A DNA stretch of 64,000 nt from Perkinsela sp. CCAP 1560/9 (GCA_965644495.1 CBFFSA010000006.1:248001-312000), one strand, 5' to 3'. Shown: positions 21,203 to 32,617, numbered from the stretch's first letter. Program-made: numbers and translations. Notes: a model not told the origin generated them from the sequence alone.

Positions 21203-21943
21203 ATGAAGAAAAAAACGGAGTCCCGGAGCGACGATGAAAAAAGCGCCCTTCTGGATGTAAAATACGCATGTGAGGCGGCGGAGGCCACTATGAAATGCTG
21301 GGAATGTATTTCTCACGAGATTTCTAAGGTACTTCACCTTTACATCAGTAGTGCAGCAAGCATATTGCCGGACAGTAAATCGCTTGAGTCAAAAGTACTA
21401 ATCAGCTTGTCCAACAACTGCACTACGACCGACGAATTTTTAAGACAGGTTTTTTCACCCAAAAAAAAGTTTTGGAAACAAATAATTCCTTCAAGAACAG
21501 AGAGAAATTCTTGTGAAGGTTCATCATCCGAAAAAGATATTTCGAGCTGCTTAGAGAAACTTGCTACTGTATGTTCTTGTTGCTTACAGATTTCTTATGC
21601 TCTTTCTCACGCAGCAGGAAACCGATTTCACGAGAATAGTGAAATCAGAGATTATTTTCTACGTCTGTTTCGCAAAGCGGACAATGTTTTTAAACGTTTT
21701 TGCGAATTACTTCGTCAAGATTTACTTGCACAACATGAACTCCTGCTCGAATGGAGTGACGTTGGAAATGCGCATCTGTGTGTAATCAATTACGAAGAAG
21801 AGTGCAGTGCAGCTGGTAATATCCAGCTTCCTGAGCATCTTATTCGTGAACGAGAAATCATAATAGAAAAGAAGGTCAGCAATATAACGAAATACAAGGA
21901 CTTGTGTAACGAACTCAAATCGTGTGTAGAATGTATGTCATAA
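21203..21943 (+). CDS. Hypothetical helical protein
   Basis: Long ORF in the run orientation; first ATG at 21203. Confidence 0.65.
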   Translation: MKKKTESRSDDEKSALLDVKYACEAAEATMKCWECISHEISKVLHLYISSAASILPDSKSLESKVLISLSNNCTTTDEFLRQVFSPKKKFWKQIIPSRTERNSCEGSSSEKDISSCLEKLATVCSCCLQISYALSHAAGNRFHENSEIRDYFLRLFRKADNVFKRFCELLRQDLLAQHELLLEWSDVGNAHLCVINYEEECSAAGNIQLPEHLIREREIIIEKKVSNITKYKDLCNELKSCVECMS

Positions 21944-22081
21944 ATGAGTTGAAGATTCGTACAACGCCGTTCGACCGAATAGAAATATACAGTACAGGCT
22001 TACACTGTATTAATGTATGCACCGTCCTTGATGATTTTCTATTGTAAACATTTTTTTCTCTACAGTTTTGCCCTTAAAGAT

Positions 22082-22762
22082 ATGCCCAAGAAGAAAACCT
22101 TCAAAGAGTACGATTTTAGTGATGACGAATCCGTTTCGGTGAAAAGACCAAGAAAACGATCTGCGAGCGACAACCACACCCACAAGTTTTCCGTTGCAAA
22201 GAAAAAACGAAAAACGCACACACTACAGCTCCACGTACCTGGGGATCCCGCATTCGCCCCTCATGCAGGGCCATGTGAGACAACCCCAATCGATTGGGTC
22301 GGCACGACTTGTCGATGTTTGCGTTGCGAAATTCTCCGACTACACCAACGTATCGCTCAGGCGTCTCATGTAGCCCTGTTCGATTTAGATAATTTGGGGC
22401 ACCAGGCAAGTTGCTTGCCTCAGGACCAGTCCCTTCCCGCTGGTTTACTCCCGTGGGGATTTAGTGGTCCTGCCTGCGTAGTGAAGGGTAAAAATATGTG
22501 GACTACACCGTGTGGTCCGGTCGATCAGGCGGCAGATTCTGTAATGGTCCAACTGATCAGCGCTCTACTGACGCGGAGGCAGCCCCCTGCTGTCTTTGTA
22601 ATTACCGGGGACAAAGGTCTACTCACGCAGGCCGGAGAAAAAGGAGCCACTCCCATGTCCGTTTCTGATCACGCAGTTTCCTCATTACGAAATGTATGGC
22701 AGGACATTCTTGCGCAATGCTTAAATACTAAAAGAGCTATTTCGCGGGATGGTCCAACATAA
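22082..22762 (+). CDS. PIN/NYN-like domain protein (ZNF451-type PIN-like) with basic NLS-like N-terminus
   Basis: FDLDN, WGFSG, CG..DQAAD, ITGDKG motifs. Confidence 0.65.
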   Translation: MPKKKTFKEYDFSDDESVSVKRPRKRSASDNHTHKFSVAKKKRKTHTLQLHVPGDPAFAPHAGPCETTPIDWVGTTCRCLRCEILRLHQRIAQASHVALFDLDNLGHQASCLPQDQSLPAGLLPWGFSGPACVVKGKNMWTTPCGPVDQAADSVMVQLISALLTRRQPPAVFVITGDKGLLTQAGEKGATPMSVSDHAVSSLRNVWQDILAQCLNTKRAISRDGPT

Positions 22763-23053
22763 ATTATTTTCGTGCCTTCTTTGAGGGGGAGGGGCGCTTA
22801 GTGCATTTTTTCAAAATACTTTTCTACAACGCGTTAATATTTAACAAAAAGAGAACAAATAGACAAAAACGTTGGTTTTCCTTCACCTGAAGGTACCAAG
22901 AAAGTATTGAACCATACTACCACTGTCTTACACTCATTCAAGTCTATCTATTCAAAAATACTTGTCCACATACAGTGCATGTTTGGGGCATGAGTCTTGA
23001 AAAACTCTCCAGAGAATACAGGAGTTTCGCCCTTATGATGCTCGGATACCATC

Positions 23054-25435
23054 ATGACCGCAGAGACTACTAAAACCGAGGTAGTGAATCCTGAAGTCAT
23101 CAAGTGGATCAACGACCACCTTAAGGATGATCCCACAGATGCGGTAAGACTTGTCCGGGAAGCAGAACAAAACCCAAGAGCAGAATTCGAGGATACGAAA
23201 CGCTCACCAGAAAATCCTTCTCAGTTTCCTGTACATTTATCTTCCAAAGCAAAAGAAATGACAAATACTTTGCAAAATTTAAGAAACGCTGCTTGTAGGA
23301 TACACTCGGATGCTAAAGAGTTGCTTCAGAAAGCTAAATCTGTTACCGACCCATTGTATGATCTTGTACAGCTTCGGAAAAAAGCTCACGCTTGTTATGA
23401 CCGAGAACGCAAATTGGGTGCTCTTCAAGAAGCTTTGCCGAGGTTCTACGAAATGTTGGAAACCAAAGATTACACTTCTCTTTTTGCGGCTATTGAAAAA
23501 TTGAGAATCGATAAAGTAGACATGGCACTAGATTATGTCCACACAGAGACTGAGGGGGGTTCCATAAAACACAAGATTTGCGATTTCTTTTCTCATTGTG
23601 CCTCCGAGATTGAGGAATCATTTCGTTATTGTATGCTCATCGACACGGTTCCTACAATAGAAATTCACGAAGAAGTGAGCTCACCAACTGCAATGCAGCC
23701 TACTGTAGACCAAAGCAGAGTGATAACGGATGCGATTGTGAAACATGGAAAAGCATTCTTCCGTCTTGCTGGTATATTTGGGGATGTATTTTGTTTTAAA
23801 ATTGTCCAGGAATTAGTTCTTACGCATCTCGACGCGTTCAAAAAAACGAGAGAGAGCTACGATATGTACGAAACTTCTCTTTACGAACGTATTTCGTGTC
23901 GCATTCAATGGTTTGAAATGTGGGCAGAATGTTATGAAAAACAATTGTCACAAATTTGTCCTTTGAGATGGGACGTTGTCCGGCAGATGGTCTACGAATT
24001 TGCTGCCTACCTGGAGCGGTACCTTCGAAAACAAGTTACTAAAATTCTGACCACAGCTGAAATCAGTTCACGCGACATCGCGGATGTATCTAGATGCATT
24101 CAAAAATTTGTTACGGAATGGGAGGCTCGCAGTTCGGTTTTGCACGATGCCTTGATTGAAGTTGCGAATCGTGTTGAGAACGCAGACCCCAAAGCCGAGT
24201 TAGCCACATACCCCCCTATTCGCAACACACTTCCTTCATTACTACATGGCTTAGAATCCTCGCTTCACCCACTTGGGGAAATATTCGTGGCCAAAGAGGA
24301 GGAGCTCTTTGCGTCTTTTATTGCAACTACTAACGAAGGATTGTTGACACAAGGAACACAAGTGGCCACAACATGTTTAGTACTGTCAGACAGCTCTTGG
24401 AACTCGCCACGAATTCTGCAATCAGCGGATAATCTTGCTAAAATGTTTTTACAGTCACTCACGGCGACGTTCGAAATAAAATTTGAAAGCTACAGCGAAG
24501 AACTCTTTCATGTTATGGACTTGAAGCTCAGCGAATACATTGCCATATTAAAAATGTTCACCGGTAAATACTGTACGAAAGAAGCAGGGAATATAGTCTT
24601 TGTGCTCTTGAATTCTTTTACGTTTCTTTTTAGCGTCATGCAACATTTAGAAGTTATGTTGCACAATCACGATATGAGTGCTTTTGGTCACGAACAATTA
24701 TGGAAGGAAAGCACCTCGCTTTTGCCACGAACGTTTTCGAAGATTTTTCAGAAGTACACTGAGCGACGTGCATCTGCTCTCGTTCAACACTTAGAACAAT
24801 TAAACAATGATAAGATGTTTTCGCAAAACATAAAAGACGGTACCCTAGGAAACAATTTTGTTCAACCGTATCGCCGATCCCTTGAAAAATTAATGACAGA
24901 GGCCCGTAGCAATCTACTCGAGACGCTCTATCGTTTTATACTTACGTCTACTGTGCGCCAATTGACCCCTCAATTGATGAAATCAATATTAGGCATATCC
25001 AGCCTCACAGTATCGCAATACCAAAGTCTCCAACTAACTACTGAATTCCTTGAGAAGGCGTTTATTGCAATCAGCGCATTGGATTCCATGGCTTCTCTTC
25101 AAAAAGAAATAAAAAAAGAGTTTAGGCCAGTTTTCCATCTTTTGCAAATATTGAAATGCAATACCGGTCCCGCACTAGTACAGAGTTACCTTGATCTCAT
25201 TCCATTGCCTAGGCGTAGCATCTTAGAATTCAGTGCAATACTCGACACAAAATGTGCTTCACGGATGGATCGACTTGCTGCAATCGAAATTTTGAAGCAG
25301 TTGAACGTTCACGAATCATCAGCAGAGGCGCCGACATTCATTTCTTCTGTGCGTGAAGATACTGCTGAAGATAATGAAAGCGGTGTCTTCATCTTAGAGT
25401 CGTGTACTTTGAATCTCCAGTCTTATTTTCTCTAA
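23054..25435 (+). CDS. VPS53: Vps53-like GARP tethering subunit
   Basis: ISCRIQWF..YEKQLSQICPLRWDV and LQSADNL resemble Vps53 motifs; size fits. Confidence 0.65.
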   Translation: MTAETTKTEVVNPEVIKWINDHLKDDPTDAVRLVREAEQNPRAEFEDTKRSPENPSQFPVHLSSKAKEMTNTLQNLRNAACRIHSDAKELLQKAKSVTDPLYDLVQLRKKAHACYDRERKLGALQEALPRFYEMLETKDYTSLFAAIEKLRIDKVDMALDYVHTETEGGSIKHKICDFFSHCASEIEESFRYCMLIDTVPTIEIHEEVSSPTAMQPTVDQSRVITDAIVKHGKAFFRLAGIFGDVFCFKIVQELVLTHLDAFKKTRESYDMYETSLYERISCRIQWFEMWAECYEKQLSQICPLRWDVVRQMVYEFAAYLERYLRKQVTKILTTAEISSRDIADVSRCIQKFVTEWEARSSVLHDALIEVANRVENADPKAELATYPPIRNTLPSLLHGLESSLHPLGEIFVAKEEELFASFIATTNEGLLTQGTQVATTCLVLSDSSWNSPRILQSADNLAKMFLQSLTATFEIKFESYSEELFHVMDLKLSEYIAILKMFTGKYCTKEAGNIVFVLLNSFTFLFSVMQHLEVMLHNHDMSAFGHEQLWKESTSLLPRTFSKIFQKYTERRASALVQHLEQLNNDKMFSQNIKDGTLGNNFVQPYRRSLEKLMTEARSNLLETLYRFILTSTVRQLTPQLMKSILGISSLTVSQYQSLQLTTEFLEKAFIAISALDSMASLQKEIKKEFRPVFHLLQILKCNTGPALVQSYLDLIPLPRRSILEFSAILDTKCASRMDRLAAIEILKQLNVHESSAEAPTFISSVREDTAEDNESGVFILESCTLNLQSYFL

Positions 25436-25438
25436 TTA

Positions 25439-25518
25439 CTGTGACCCCCCCTTTATACTTCGCTGGTCAGAACCCCCCCTTTATACTTCGTTTTTTGTGT
25501 GGCCCCCCCGAAGGGGGG
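25439..25518. mobile_element. Solo MITE-like end
   Basis: TA-CTGTG start like the 356 element, direct repeat AC7TTTATACTTCG twice, C-run/GAA/G-run hairpin; no partner TIR seen. Confidence 0.45.
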
Positions 25519-25824
25519 ACGATTTTTTTTAATTTTTCGTAATTTTTCTAAAGTTTTTAGAAAAAAACATGAACGTTCTAAGCCTTCCCTTCTAGAAATG
25601 GCAGGTGATATAAAAGGAAAGACAGGAAAACAGGATGAGCCGCGCCGCGAAACACTTATGCTTATACCATGTAATGGTAAATTTTGCGCGGATCCTATAA
25701 AATCTATGATGCATATTGATACTAAACATTAGTTAAATAGGTACTGAAAGGAGAAAAGCCTCGCTTAATAAAATAAACAACTTCGTTATTGCTAACAAGC
25801 ACTACTTGCTATAACAAGTATACA

Positions 25825-28008
25825 ATGGACAGCAGTGTACACCACCATGTTGTTCCCGATCCGTTGTGTCTCTGTATACGAATGAAAAAGTTATACCAAC
25901 ACTCGACACCACATTCTCCACCTAGTCGCACTTATTTTCTACGCGTGCGCGTGGAATCTTCGCAACAATATTCATCATACCACATTGGCTGTAATCCAAC
26001 TTTCGACGAAGAATTTTATTTCGTAGTGCCCGTAGAAAGCATCAAGTCGGAAGTTAATAAAAGAACTACCCAGAAAACTGATTTTACTAATATCAAGGAT
26101 CTGAATTTGCATATTAAGGTGTACCACTACATAAAATATGGTGTTACCGAGGAAGTAGGTCACGTGTCATTAAGTCTGTCTGCCGATTTTCCCACAAATG
26201 CAACTGACGTTGTGCGAACACGAGCTGAGGAACATGTCCTGCGGTTGCGGCGAACCAGTACTGCCCAAAGATTACGAGACATTTTTCGAAAGGCGAATCC
26301 TGCTTCGTGGTCGGAGTTGCGAAAACGAAATCTACGCAGGCCTAGTTCACCTCTTCGTGCGATACGTCACCGAAAGGCTTTCGATGAACGCGCTAACAAA
26401 TCAAATTATTCCTTTATTCGATTTACCACCGAATTCATCAAATATCGCCCAAAAACTACACCCATCATAGGCTATGTAACACTCAATATGGATAGAATAC
26501 GATTCAAAAAATGTTTAACTGAAAAAGGCAGACACGAGCCGTTGTTTTACGCTATACTGCAATATGAAAATCACTGGTCAGTGTTTCAAAAGCGTGAAAT
26601 TATGTCCGAACTTCTGTTCAAGGATAGCGTGAGTTTGGCCGTACGTGACTTAAGTTCCGATATTAGCATCGCTTTTATCTCACTAGGGAGCAATGCTTTA
26701 CATCAACGACCTGTCGGAATTTTAAGGCTCAAGCTTAATAAGTTTCGAGCAAACAAGAGATACGAATTTACAGACGTGAATCTTGGGATTCACAACCAGG
26801 ATACCCCAATAGCTGTAAGCTTTAGCATCGACATCAAACTTACAACCAGTATGTTTCGACTGTGGGAAAGGATAAGCTGTCCCATTCGTCAATACTACGC
26901 TTCTCAGTTCTCTTTAACCGAGAAGGTACGTATTCGAGATGCAGAGTCAATATACATGCAACGGTATTTACGCACTGCTCTGGGCATTCCGTCGCACATA
27001 GCCTCTATTTTTTTCGTTAGAAACAGCTCTGTTGTTGGTTTGTTTCATACTCTACGACAAACGAAGTGTAGGTTAGCCAATGCAATAGAACCTTTCAACG
27101 CAGCGCTTACTTTCTTGCACAGGGTACAACATTGGGAACGCCCATGTTATGCTGTTCTATTTCACATAACTTGGCCACTTATCGTGCACTATCCTGATGT
27201 TCTGCTCCCATTTCTAGTGAGTGCAATCCTGTTCGGCATTCTTCGCGGATATAAACCGTTTGAGTTGAAAATTACGGAAACAAAACAAAGGACTTGCCCT
27301 GTTGCGCATGGTAGGCATATGCTCGATGGGCCTGTGTCAAAGTTCCATGAGACAGAAAAAACGGACGTAAAAAGGAAAGGTATAAAAGCAAAAATATGGC
27401 CCTGTTTGAATCGTCTATTTTCTCCATGTAGGCGCGTGGGATCATTTCGATCGCGTTCGTCACCGATCGTTACGCCTTGTACCAATGCGTCGATCGAGAC
27501 GGTGACTGATACAAGTAGATTGCGAACCGAAACCTGGCGAATCTGTGATGACGACAATGCGAACATTGACGTTTCTGCACCTCCTGATGGAATGGACGAG
27601 GAGCAAAGCGAACCGAAAAATTCCTCAGAGCAAATAGAAGCCAGGCTTTCCGCCTTGAAGAAGCTTGAGCTCAAGTTCGGTTCAATTCGAAGAGGCCTCC
27701 GAATTACCAATGAAGGGGTTATTCAAATGTGTGAATTTGCGGAACGTCTCCATGCACTGTTCCTGTGGGAAGATCCTCATGTTTCCACCCTCTTTGTTTT
27801 TTGTTGTATATTGGCACTTCTTTTGATGTCACTTTTGGGGTCTCGAATGGTAGCAATACTTGCGGGATACTATGTTTTTCGGCATCCTGCGTTTCGTGAT
27901 CCATACCCGAATCGATTGGTGTCGCTATTCTATCGACTTCCCACTCGTGATGGGGACTTGCATTGTTTACGTCCTCCACTGCAGAGCAAATCATTTCATC
28001 CTGCTTGA
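25825..28008 (+). CDS. C2-domain and transmembrane protein (MCTP/PRT_C-like)
   Basis: NPTFDEEFYF (C2); C-terminal ERLHALFLWEDP..FRHPAFR..FYRLPT. Confidence 0.85.
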   Translation: MDSSVHHHVVPDPLCLCIRMKKLYQHSTPHSPPSRTYFLRVRVESSQQYSSYHIGCNPTFDEEFYFVVPVESIKSEVNKRTTQKTDFTNIKDLNLHIKVYHYIKYGVTEEVGHVSLSLSADFPTNATDVVRTRAEEHVLRLRRTSTAQRLRDIFRKANPASWSELRKRNLRRPSSPLRAIRHRKAFDERANKSNYSFIRFTTEFIKYRPKTTPIIGYVTLNMDRIRFKKCLTEKGRHEPLFYAILQYENHWSVFQKREIMSELLFKDSVSLAVRDLSSDISIAFISLGSNALHQRPVGILRLKLNKFRANKRYEFTDVNLGIHNQDTPIAVSFSIDIKLTTSMFRLWERISCPIRQYYASQFSLTEKVRIRDAESIYMQRYLRTALGIPSHIASIFFVRNSSVVGLFHTLRQTKCRLANAIEPFNAALTFLHRVQHWERPCYAVLFHITWPLIVHYPDVLLPFLVSAILFGILRGYKPFELKITETKQRTCPVAHGRHMLDGPVSKFHETEKTDVKRKGIKAKIWPCLNRLFSPCRRVGSFRSRSSPIVTPCTNASIETVTDTSRLRTETWRICDDDNANIDVSAPPDGMDEEQSEPKNSSEQIEARLSALKKLELKFGSIRRGLRITNEGVIQMCEFAERLHALFLWEDPHVSTLFVFCCILALLLMSLLGSRMVAILAGYYVFRHPAFRDPYPNRLVSLFYRLPTRDGDLHCLRPPLQSKSFHPA

Positions 28009-28431
28009 ACTGCAGCACTCCAACACATACATACAGTATACAACCATGTACATATACAAACCTGTGTCAAACACTTGTTAAACGTTCTACAGACCTAGGA
28101 TCAGACGATACCTAGGCTCTACAAAACCTAGAATAAGCCGTACCTGAAAAAATTCAAGTGCTTTATCCGTTTTTACTCATTTTTTCCTTGCACTCGACAA
28201 CTCTTTTCCTTGCACACTTTCCCGTACAAAACTTTCTCGTACACTTTCCCGTACCCTGCCGCCAAAATGAGCACAAACGGATAAAATATTTCGGGCAAAT
28301 TTACTGAGTGAGGAACATTGGGGGGGGGGGGGGGCGCAGCTCGTACGAAATGCATTTAGAAAATCAGTTCGTAACCTCTCGCTTTAATCCACTATTTTTT
28401 ACTCACACACACGACTCTGACCCTTTAATTC

Positions 28432-29529
28432 ATGTCCAAAACGTCTCGCCTCAACCGTTTCCTCAACCTCCGGCACTCCCACCCCTCTTCCTACCCTCCC
28501 CCTCACCACCCCCTCTCCCCTTCCCCCCTCCAACCCCCCACCACCCCTTCCCCCCCCCTTCTCCACACCCCCTACCGCTTCCTACGCACCACCCCCTCTT
28601 CCTCATCCTCATCCCTAACCCCTCCCCCTCCCCCTCCCCTCAGCAGCCGTAACCCCTCCGCCTCCCTCCGTACCTCTCCCCCCTTCCCCTTCTCTCCCTC
28701 TCCCCCCCCTCCCCCCGAACACGACTTCATCTTCCCCTCCCCCTCCGCCTACACCCAGCCCCATGCCCTCTACGACGGCACCGTCTACCGCGAGAGGACC
28801 CTTTCGGAAGCTCAGGAGCTCTCCCCGCTCCTCCACGAACCCCTCACGCCCCCCCGGCACGGGTCTGCTCACCCCCGCAGCTCCTCGCGTGAGCTGAAAC
28901 GGGAAAGCGTGGAGGGGAGGCACGGGGGGACTGTCGAGTCCGATCTCCACGCCCTCCCCTCCCCCTCGGGGCTCCCTTTCGAGGATGGGCGCATGGCGGA
29001 GGGGGTGCTGGAGATGGATGTGGAGGGGCAGATTGGCGCGTGCTGGCAGGACACCGCGACGGCCTATGGGGAGGATGTGGAGGGGCTGCTAAAGGTGCTC
29101 CAGGAGACCCAGGCGTGGGATCCCGTGGTGGTGTGCACGAAGGATAAGACCTACGCGTTTGATTATATTGTGTTTGCGTCGTGTCACGGGGCACGGCATA
29201 TTAGCTTGGTGTCGTGGGGGTTGCAGGAGGCGAATCGGTTTGTGGGGTTGGCGAGGGCGAATAAGAGGTTGAGAGATACGGAGTGGGAACCGATTCCGGT
29301 GGGACGGATCGTGGTGAATCTAATGACGGAGGAGTTTAGGAAACGGGCCCAATTTGAGAGGAAGTGGATTTTGACGAGTTCGTGCGACCCGCTTGATTTT
29401 TGCCACAATGCGGTATGCGAAGGGCGGGGAATTGCCTCCCATGGGTTGTGGTCACTCACCCTCAACCTACAGGACCTGGAGGACTACGAAATCGATTACT
29501 GCCGCGAAGCTTTGCTGCGCCAAAGTTAA
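28432..29529 (+). CDS. RsfS/Iojap (MALSU1-like) mitoribosome factor
   Basis: FDYIVFASCHGARHI, GRIVVNLMTEEFR..FERKW. Confidence 0.8.
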   Translation: MSKTSRLNRFLNLRHSHPSSYPPPHHPLSPSPLQPPTTPSPPLLHTPYRFLRTTPSSSSSSLTPPPPPPLSSRNPSASLRTSPPFPFSPSPPPPPEHDFIFPSPSAYTQPHALYDGTVYRERTLSEAQELSPLLHEPLTPPRHGSAHPRSSSRELKRESVEGRHGGTVESDLHALPSPSGLPFEDGRMAEGVLEMDVEGQIGACWQDTATAYGEDVEGLLKVLQETQAWDPVVVCTKDKTYAFDYIVFASCHGARHISLVSWGLQEANRFVGLARANKRLRDTEWEPIPVGRIVVNLMTEEFRKRAQFERKWILTSSCDPLDFCHNAVCEGRGIASHGLWSLTLNLQDLEDYEIDYCREALLRQS

Positions 29530-30022
29530 TGTATACATAATCCCATATGTAATTTGTGGGCATTGAAACTTGCTACATCATCGAAAAAATGAATTTTTTG
29601 TTCTGATACCTCCTCTTTTAGTAGCCGATGAATCGATGATTATTCCTAGCAAAAAACTATTGCATGTTGCAAATGAAGCAGACCCGTCATCCAAAGTGCT
29701 GTCCATGTACTTCCGATTTAATGTTATAGAACGTGTTGTATTTCAACTTCCGCATGAAAAGTCATCATGAAAAAAACATGCCCGTTATTCAAGGCAGGAC
29801 TTTCTCAGAACCAACGTTCCTATTGAGAAAAATCCGATCGAATGGGCTAGATTATCCACATTCATGTTCTTTAATCTGTTTCTTCCCCGATCAAAAAAGT
29901 ATTCTACCAACTTTCCAAACTCCTTTTCCACCATTCTCATCCACAAAACAATGCGTCTCTTCCCGTAGGCATACTCCCTTCCAGAACTCTCCCACGTCGT
30001 TACGGCTCTCTACTCCCCCCAC

Positions 30023-30781
30023 ATGCCCCCCGCTACGCCTCTACCCGCACACCAGCGTCGTGGCATTCCCACCCCTGTGGTACAACTCGGGCCCCGCACG
30101 GTGCCTCGATACGCAGGGGGGTGGATGTTTCAGTTTGCCCACATCTACGCGCTCCACCAGGAGATGAGTCGTCCCGGGGTTCACTGGTTTCGTGCCATGG
30201 AGCTGTGGCACGTGGCCCGGGATGAGGGGGTGCCGTACAACACACAAAACTATGCCGGCCTACTCCGCACGTGTAATCGAGACGCGCAGTGGGCACAGGC
30301 GCTGCGTGTGGTGCGACAAATGGCCCGAGAGGGGGTTTCCTATGACCAGAGTTGTGCACAGAGCGTGCTGGCGGTGTGTGTGAGGGGGTTGAGGTGGGAA
30401 AACGCCTTGCAGGCTTATAACCTGTTTATGCAGAAGAAAGGGATAATGCCAGATGATATGTGTGGTGTTTCGCTTTTTCGTGCACTTCGGATAAAGTTTG
30501 AGAAGGCTTCGGATCGGGATACGCAGGTCAAAGAACTCTGCAGTGCTGTATTGTCCATAGCCAAGCGTCATCCGCTACTGCTTCAAGTTCCGCACAGCGC
30601 CCAGGAGGCCGTATTACTACTTGAAGCGATTCCGGCATCTGATGCCCAAGAGTCGAAAAGAGACATTGCCCTTGAGTATGTACGAAGGGGCATGAAGGCG
30701 GAGAAGCTTCTCGTGGTTCAACATAACGAGGCCTTGATTGCCGAAGAGGAACTAATCGATAGAGATTACGTAGCTCCATAG
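30023..30781 (+). CDS. Small pentatricopeptide-repeat protein
   Basis: YAGLLRTC..WAQALRVVRQMAREGV; WENALQAYNLFMQKKGIMPD. Confidence 0.8.
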   Translation: MPPATPLPAHQRRGIPTPVVQLGPRTVPRYAGGWMFQFAHIYALHQEMSRPGVHWFRAMELWHVARDEGVPYNTQNYAGLLRTCNRDAQWAQALRVVRQMAREGVSYDQSCAQSVLAVCVRGLRWENALQAYNLFMQKKGIMPDDMCGVSLFRALRIKFEKASDRDTQVKELCSAVLSIAKRHPLLLQVPHSAQEAVLLLEAIPASDAQESKRDIALEYVRRGMKAEKLLVVQHNEALIAEEELIDRDYVAP

Positions 30782-30973
30782 CAGTTGTACGTTTTCTATG
30801 CATTGCTGTATCAAATCTTACTCTTGTGACAGAAAGACGATAAATAATCTACATACAGTACATATAATATTTCAAATAATTTGGGATGGTCCGTTCTCCG
30901 AAAGCTACTAAAAGTACATTACGTACATTAAGCTTAGCGTAAAATTATCAATAACCTTTACAAAGCGCTGGAT

Positions 30974-31690
30974 ATGAATACACAAACTGTTGCAGAGCGT
31001 TTCACGCGACGTGCAGGGAAGGTCAGTGGAACGATTGTACCTCAAGAATATCGCTTGGCTAACTTCATTCGTAACGCAACGGCTGTTTGTGCCTCGTGGA
31101 ACACCCACACCCCTGCTTGTGAGTGGTTCGGGGTTACGTGTAATAAACAGAAAAAGGTTACTAATATTGACTGGAGTGAGCGGAACTGCGGGGGTGCCCC
31201 TCAATGGGATGCGTTGCCTGATACCGTCCTGGATTTAGTTATGAACAACAACAAATTAAGCGGCCCGCTATCCGTATCACACCTTCCACCGAAACTTGAA
31301 AACATTAAGATCAGTTTCAATCATTTAAGTGGAACATTTCAATTGTCGGAGCTCTGTCCTTCCTTTCTAAAATTTGACGTTGCACACAATGACTTCACTT
31401 CGATGGTAGATTTATCGCAGTTGCCGGTAGCTATGGAAGGAGTTGACGTATCACAAAATCAATGCTACGGGGAACTTGAGCTGCGGTATCTACCAAAAAC
31501 AATGATATGGCTATTTTTATCAAACAATCGCTTTACTGGTGAAGTCATCTTGTCTGAATTACCAGAAAAATTAAAAGTCTTATTCTTGGACCATAATCCA
31601 GAGCTGCATGGACAAGGATCGATATGTCACTTCAGAAAAGAACTGTATTTGAGGAGTAAAGGAACGCGAATTAAGGCTATCGGTTTATAA
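30974..31690 (+). CDS. Short LRR protein
   Basis: VPQEYRLANF..TPACEWFGVTC cap plus LRRs. Confidence 0.9.
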   Translation: MNTQTVAERFTRRAGKVSGTIVPQEYRLANFIRNATAVCASWNTHTPACEWFGVTCNKQKKVTNIDWSERNCGGAPQWDALPDTVLDLVMNNNKLSGPLSVSHLPPKLENIKISFNHLSGTFQLSELCPSFLKFDVAHNDFTSMVDLSQLPVAMEGVDVSQNQCYGELELRYLPKTMIWLFLSNNRFTGEVILSELPEKLKVLFLDHNPELHGQGSICHFRKELYLRSKGTRIKAIGL

Positions 31691-32050
31691 AGAAAATCTA
31701 ACTTATTATTTGAGGCTACTTCTCAATGATTACCATAAGACGCAGATGAAGAATACAAATATATTAGTGGTGGACCGGAACAAGGCCTTACTCGGTGAAT
31801 GAAAGAGGAGAAAGATCGCAGAGCAATAACATCCCCATTTCTCGTGTATCCGCTCGAAAAACGCACGTCACACCTTTCATGCCCTTCAAGTTGACGTGTA
31901 TTCGAACCTGTCTTCAAATGGCGTGGACTTCGAATAAAATCTTATAGTTGATACCTCGTATAAATATATTATTTTCTCCTTTACCCGCTGCTGCGGAATT
32001 ACACGAGAATATATTTAAAAAAGTGTTTATGCGCATTTTAATTTTCCAAG

Positions 32051-32617
32051 ATGAGACGTTCAGCACGCTTAGCTGCTCGGCGCGACGATTCAGAAAACCT
32101 TAGTGTTCAGGGACGAACAGCTTAGCTTCCAGAATGTAATCAAGTTAATCACAGGAAACGAAAATCACGCCACAGTATGGCGAGAGAAAAAAGTGTGAGT
32201 AAGCAAAGTATGGATGTCAAAGTGCCCGACACGAGCATCAAAGAGAAGGCCTCGCAGGGTACCGTCAAACCTCACAGTTCGCTACCTTCTCTGAGTTACG
32301 AACACTGGGCGCAGTGTTTGGACTGCTCCGGATGGCAAAGAGTCCATCCGGATGCTACAAAATTACAGACTGCTCGCAGCCGAACTAGACCTGGAAGACC
32401 GTTTCGAAATTCTGCTACATCGTCAGACGCATCCAGTGCATTTCATTCTTCTCAGCCTTTTTACTGTGGCTGTCGAATTCCTTCTGGTAAATTCCACAAC
32501 GCTCCTTGCTATTTCACGTTTTTGCCACACACTACTCCTCCCACGATGGAGCTCTCTTTTCGAAAAGAAATATGGGAAGGAGCTTGCAGAGCTGTGAAAG
32601 AACCACAGGTAAGATAA
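32051..32617 (+). CDS. CW-type zinc-finger-like protein; in-frame TAG at 32123-32125 (or shorter ORF from 32177)
   Basis: WAQCLDCSGWQRV..FYCGC; upstream in-frame MRRSARLAARR following TTTTCCAAG. Confidence 0.5.

Noticed and set aside
29951-30022. Upstream in-frame ATG with a TAG before the PPR gene
   Set aside because: The extension is unconvincing and the AG may simply be the trans-splice acceptor
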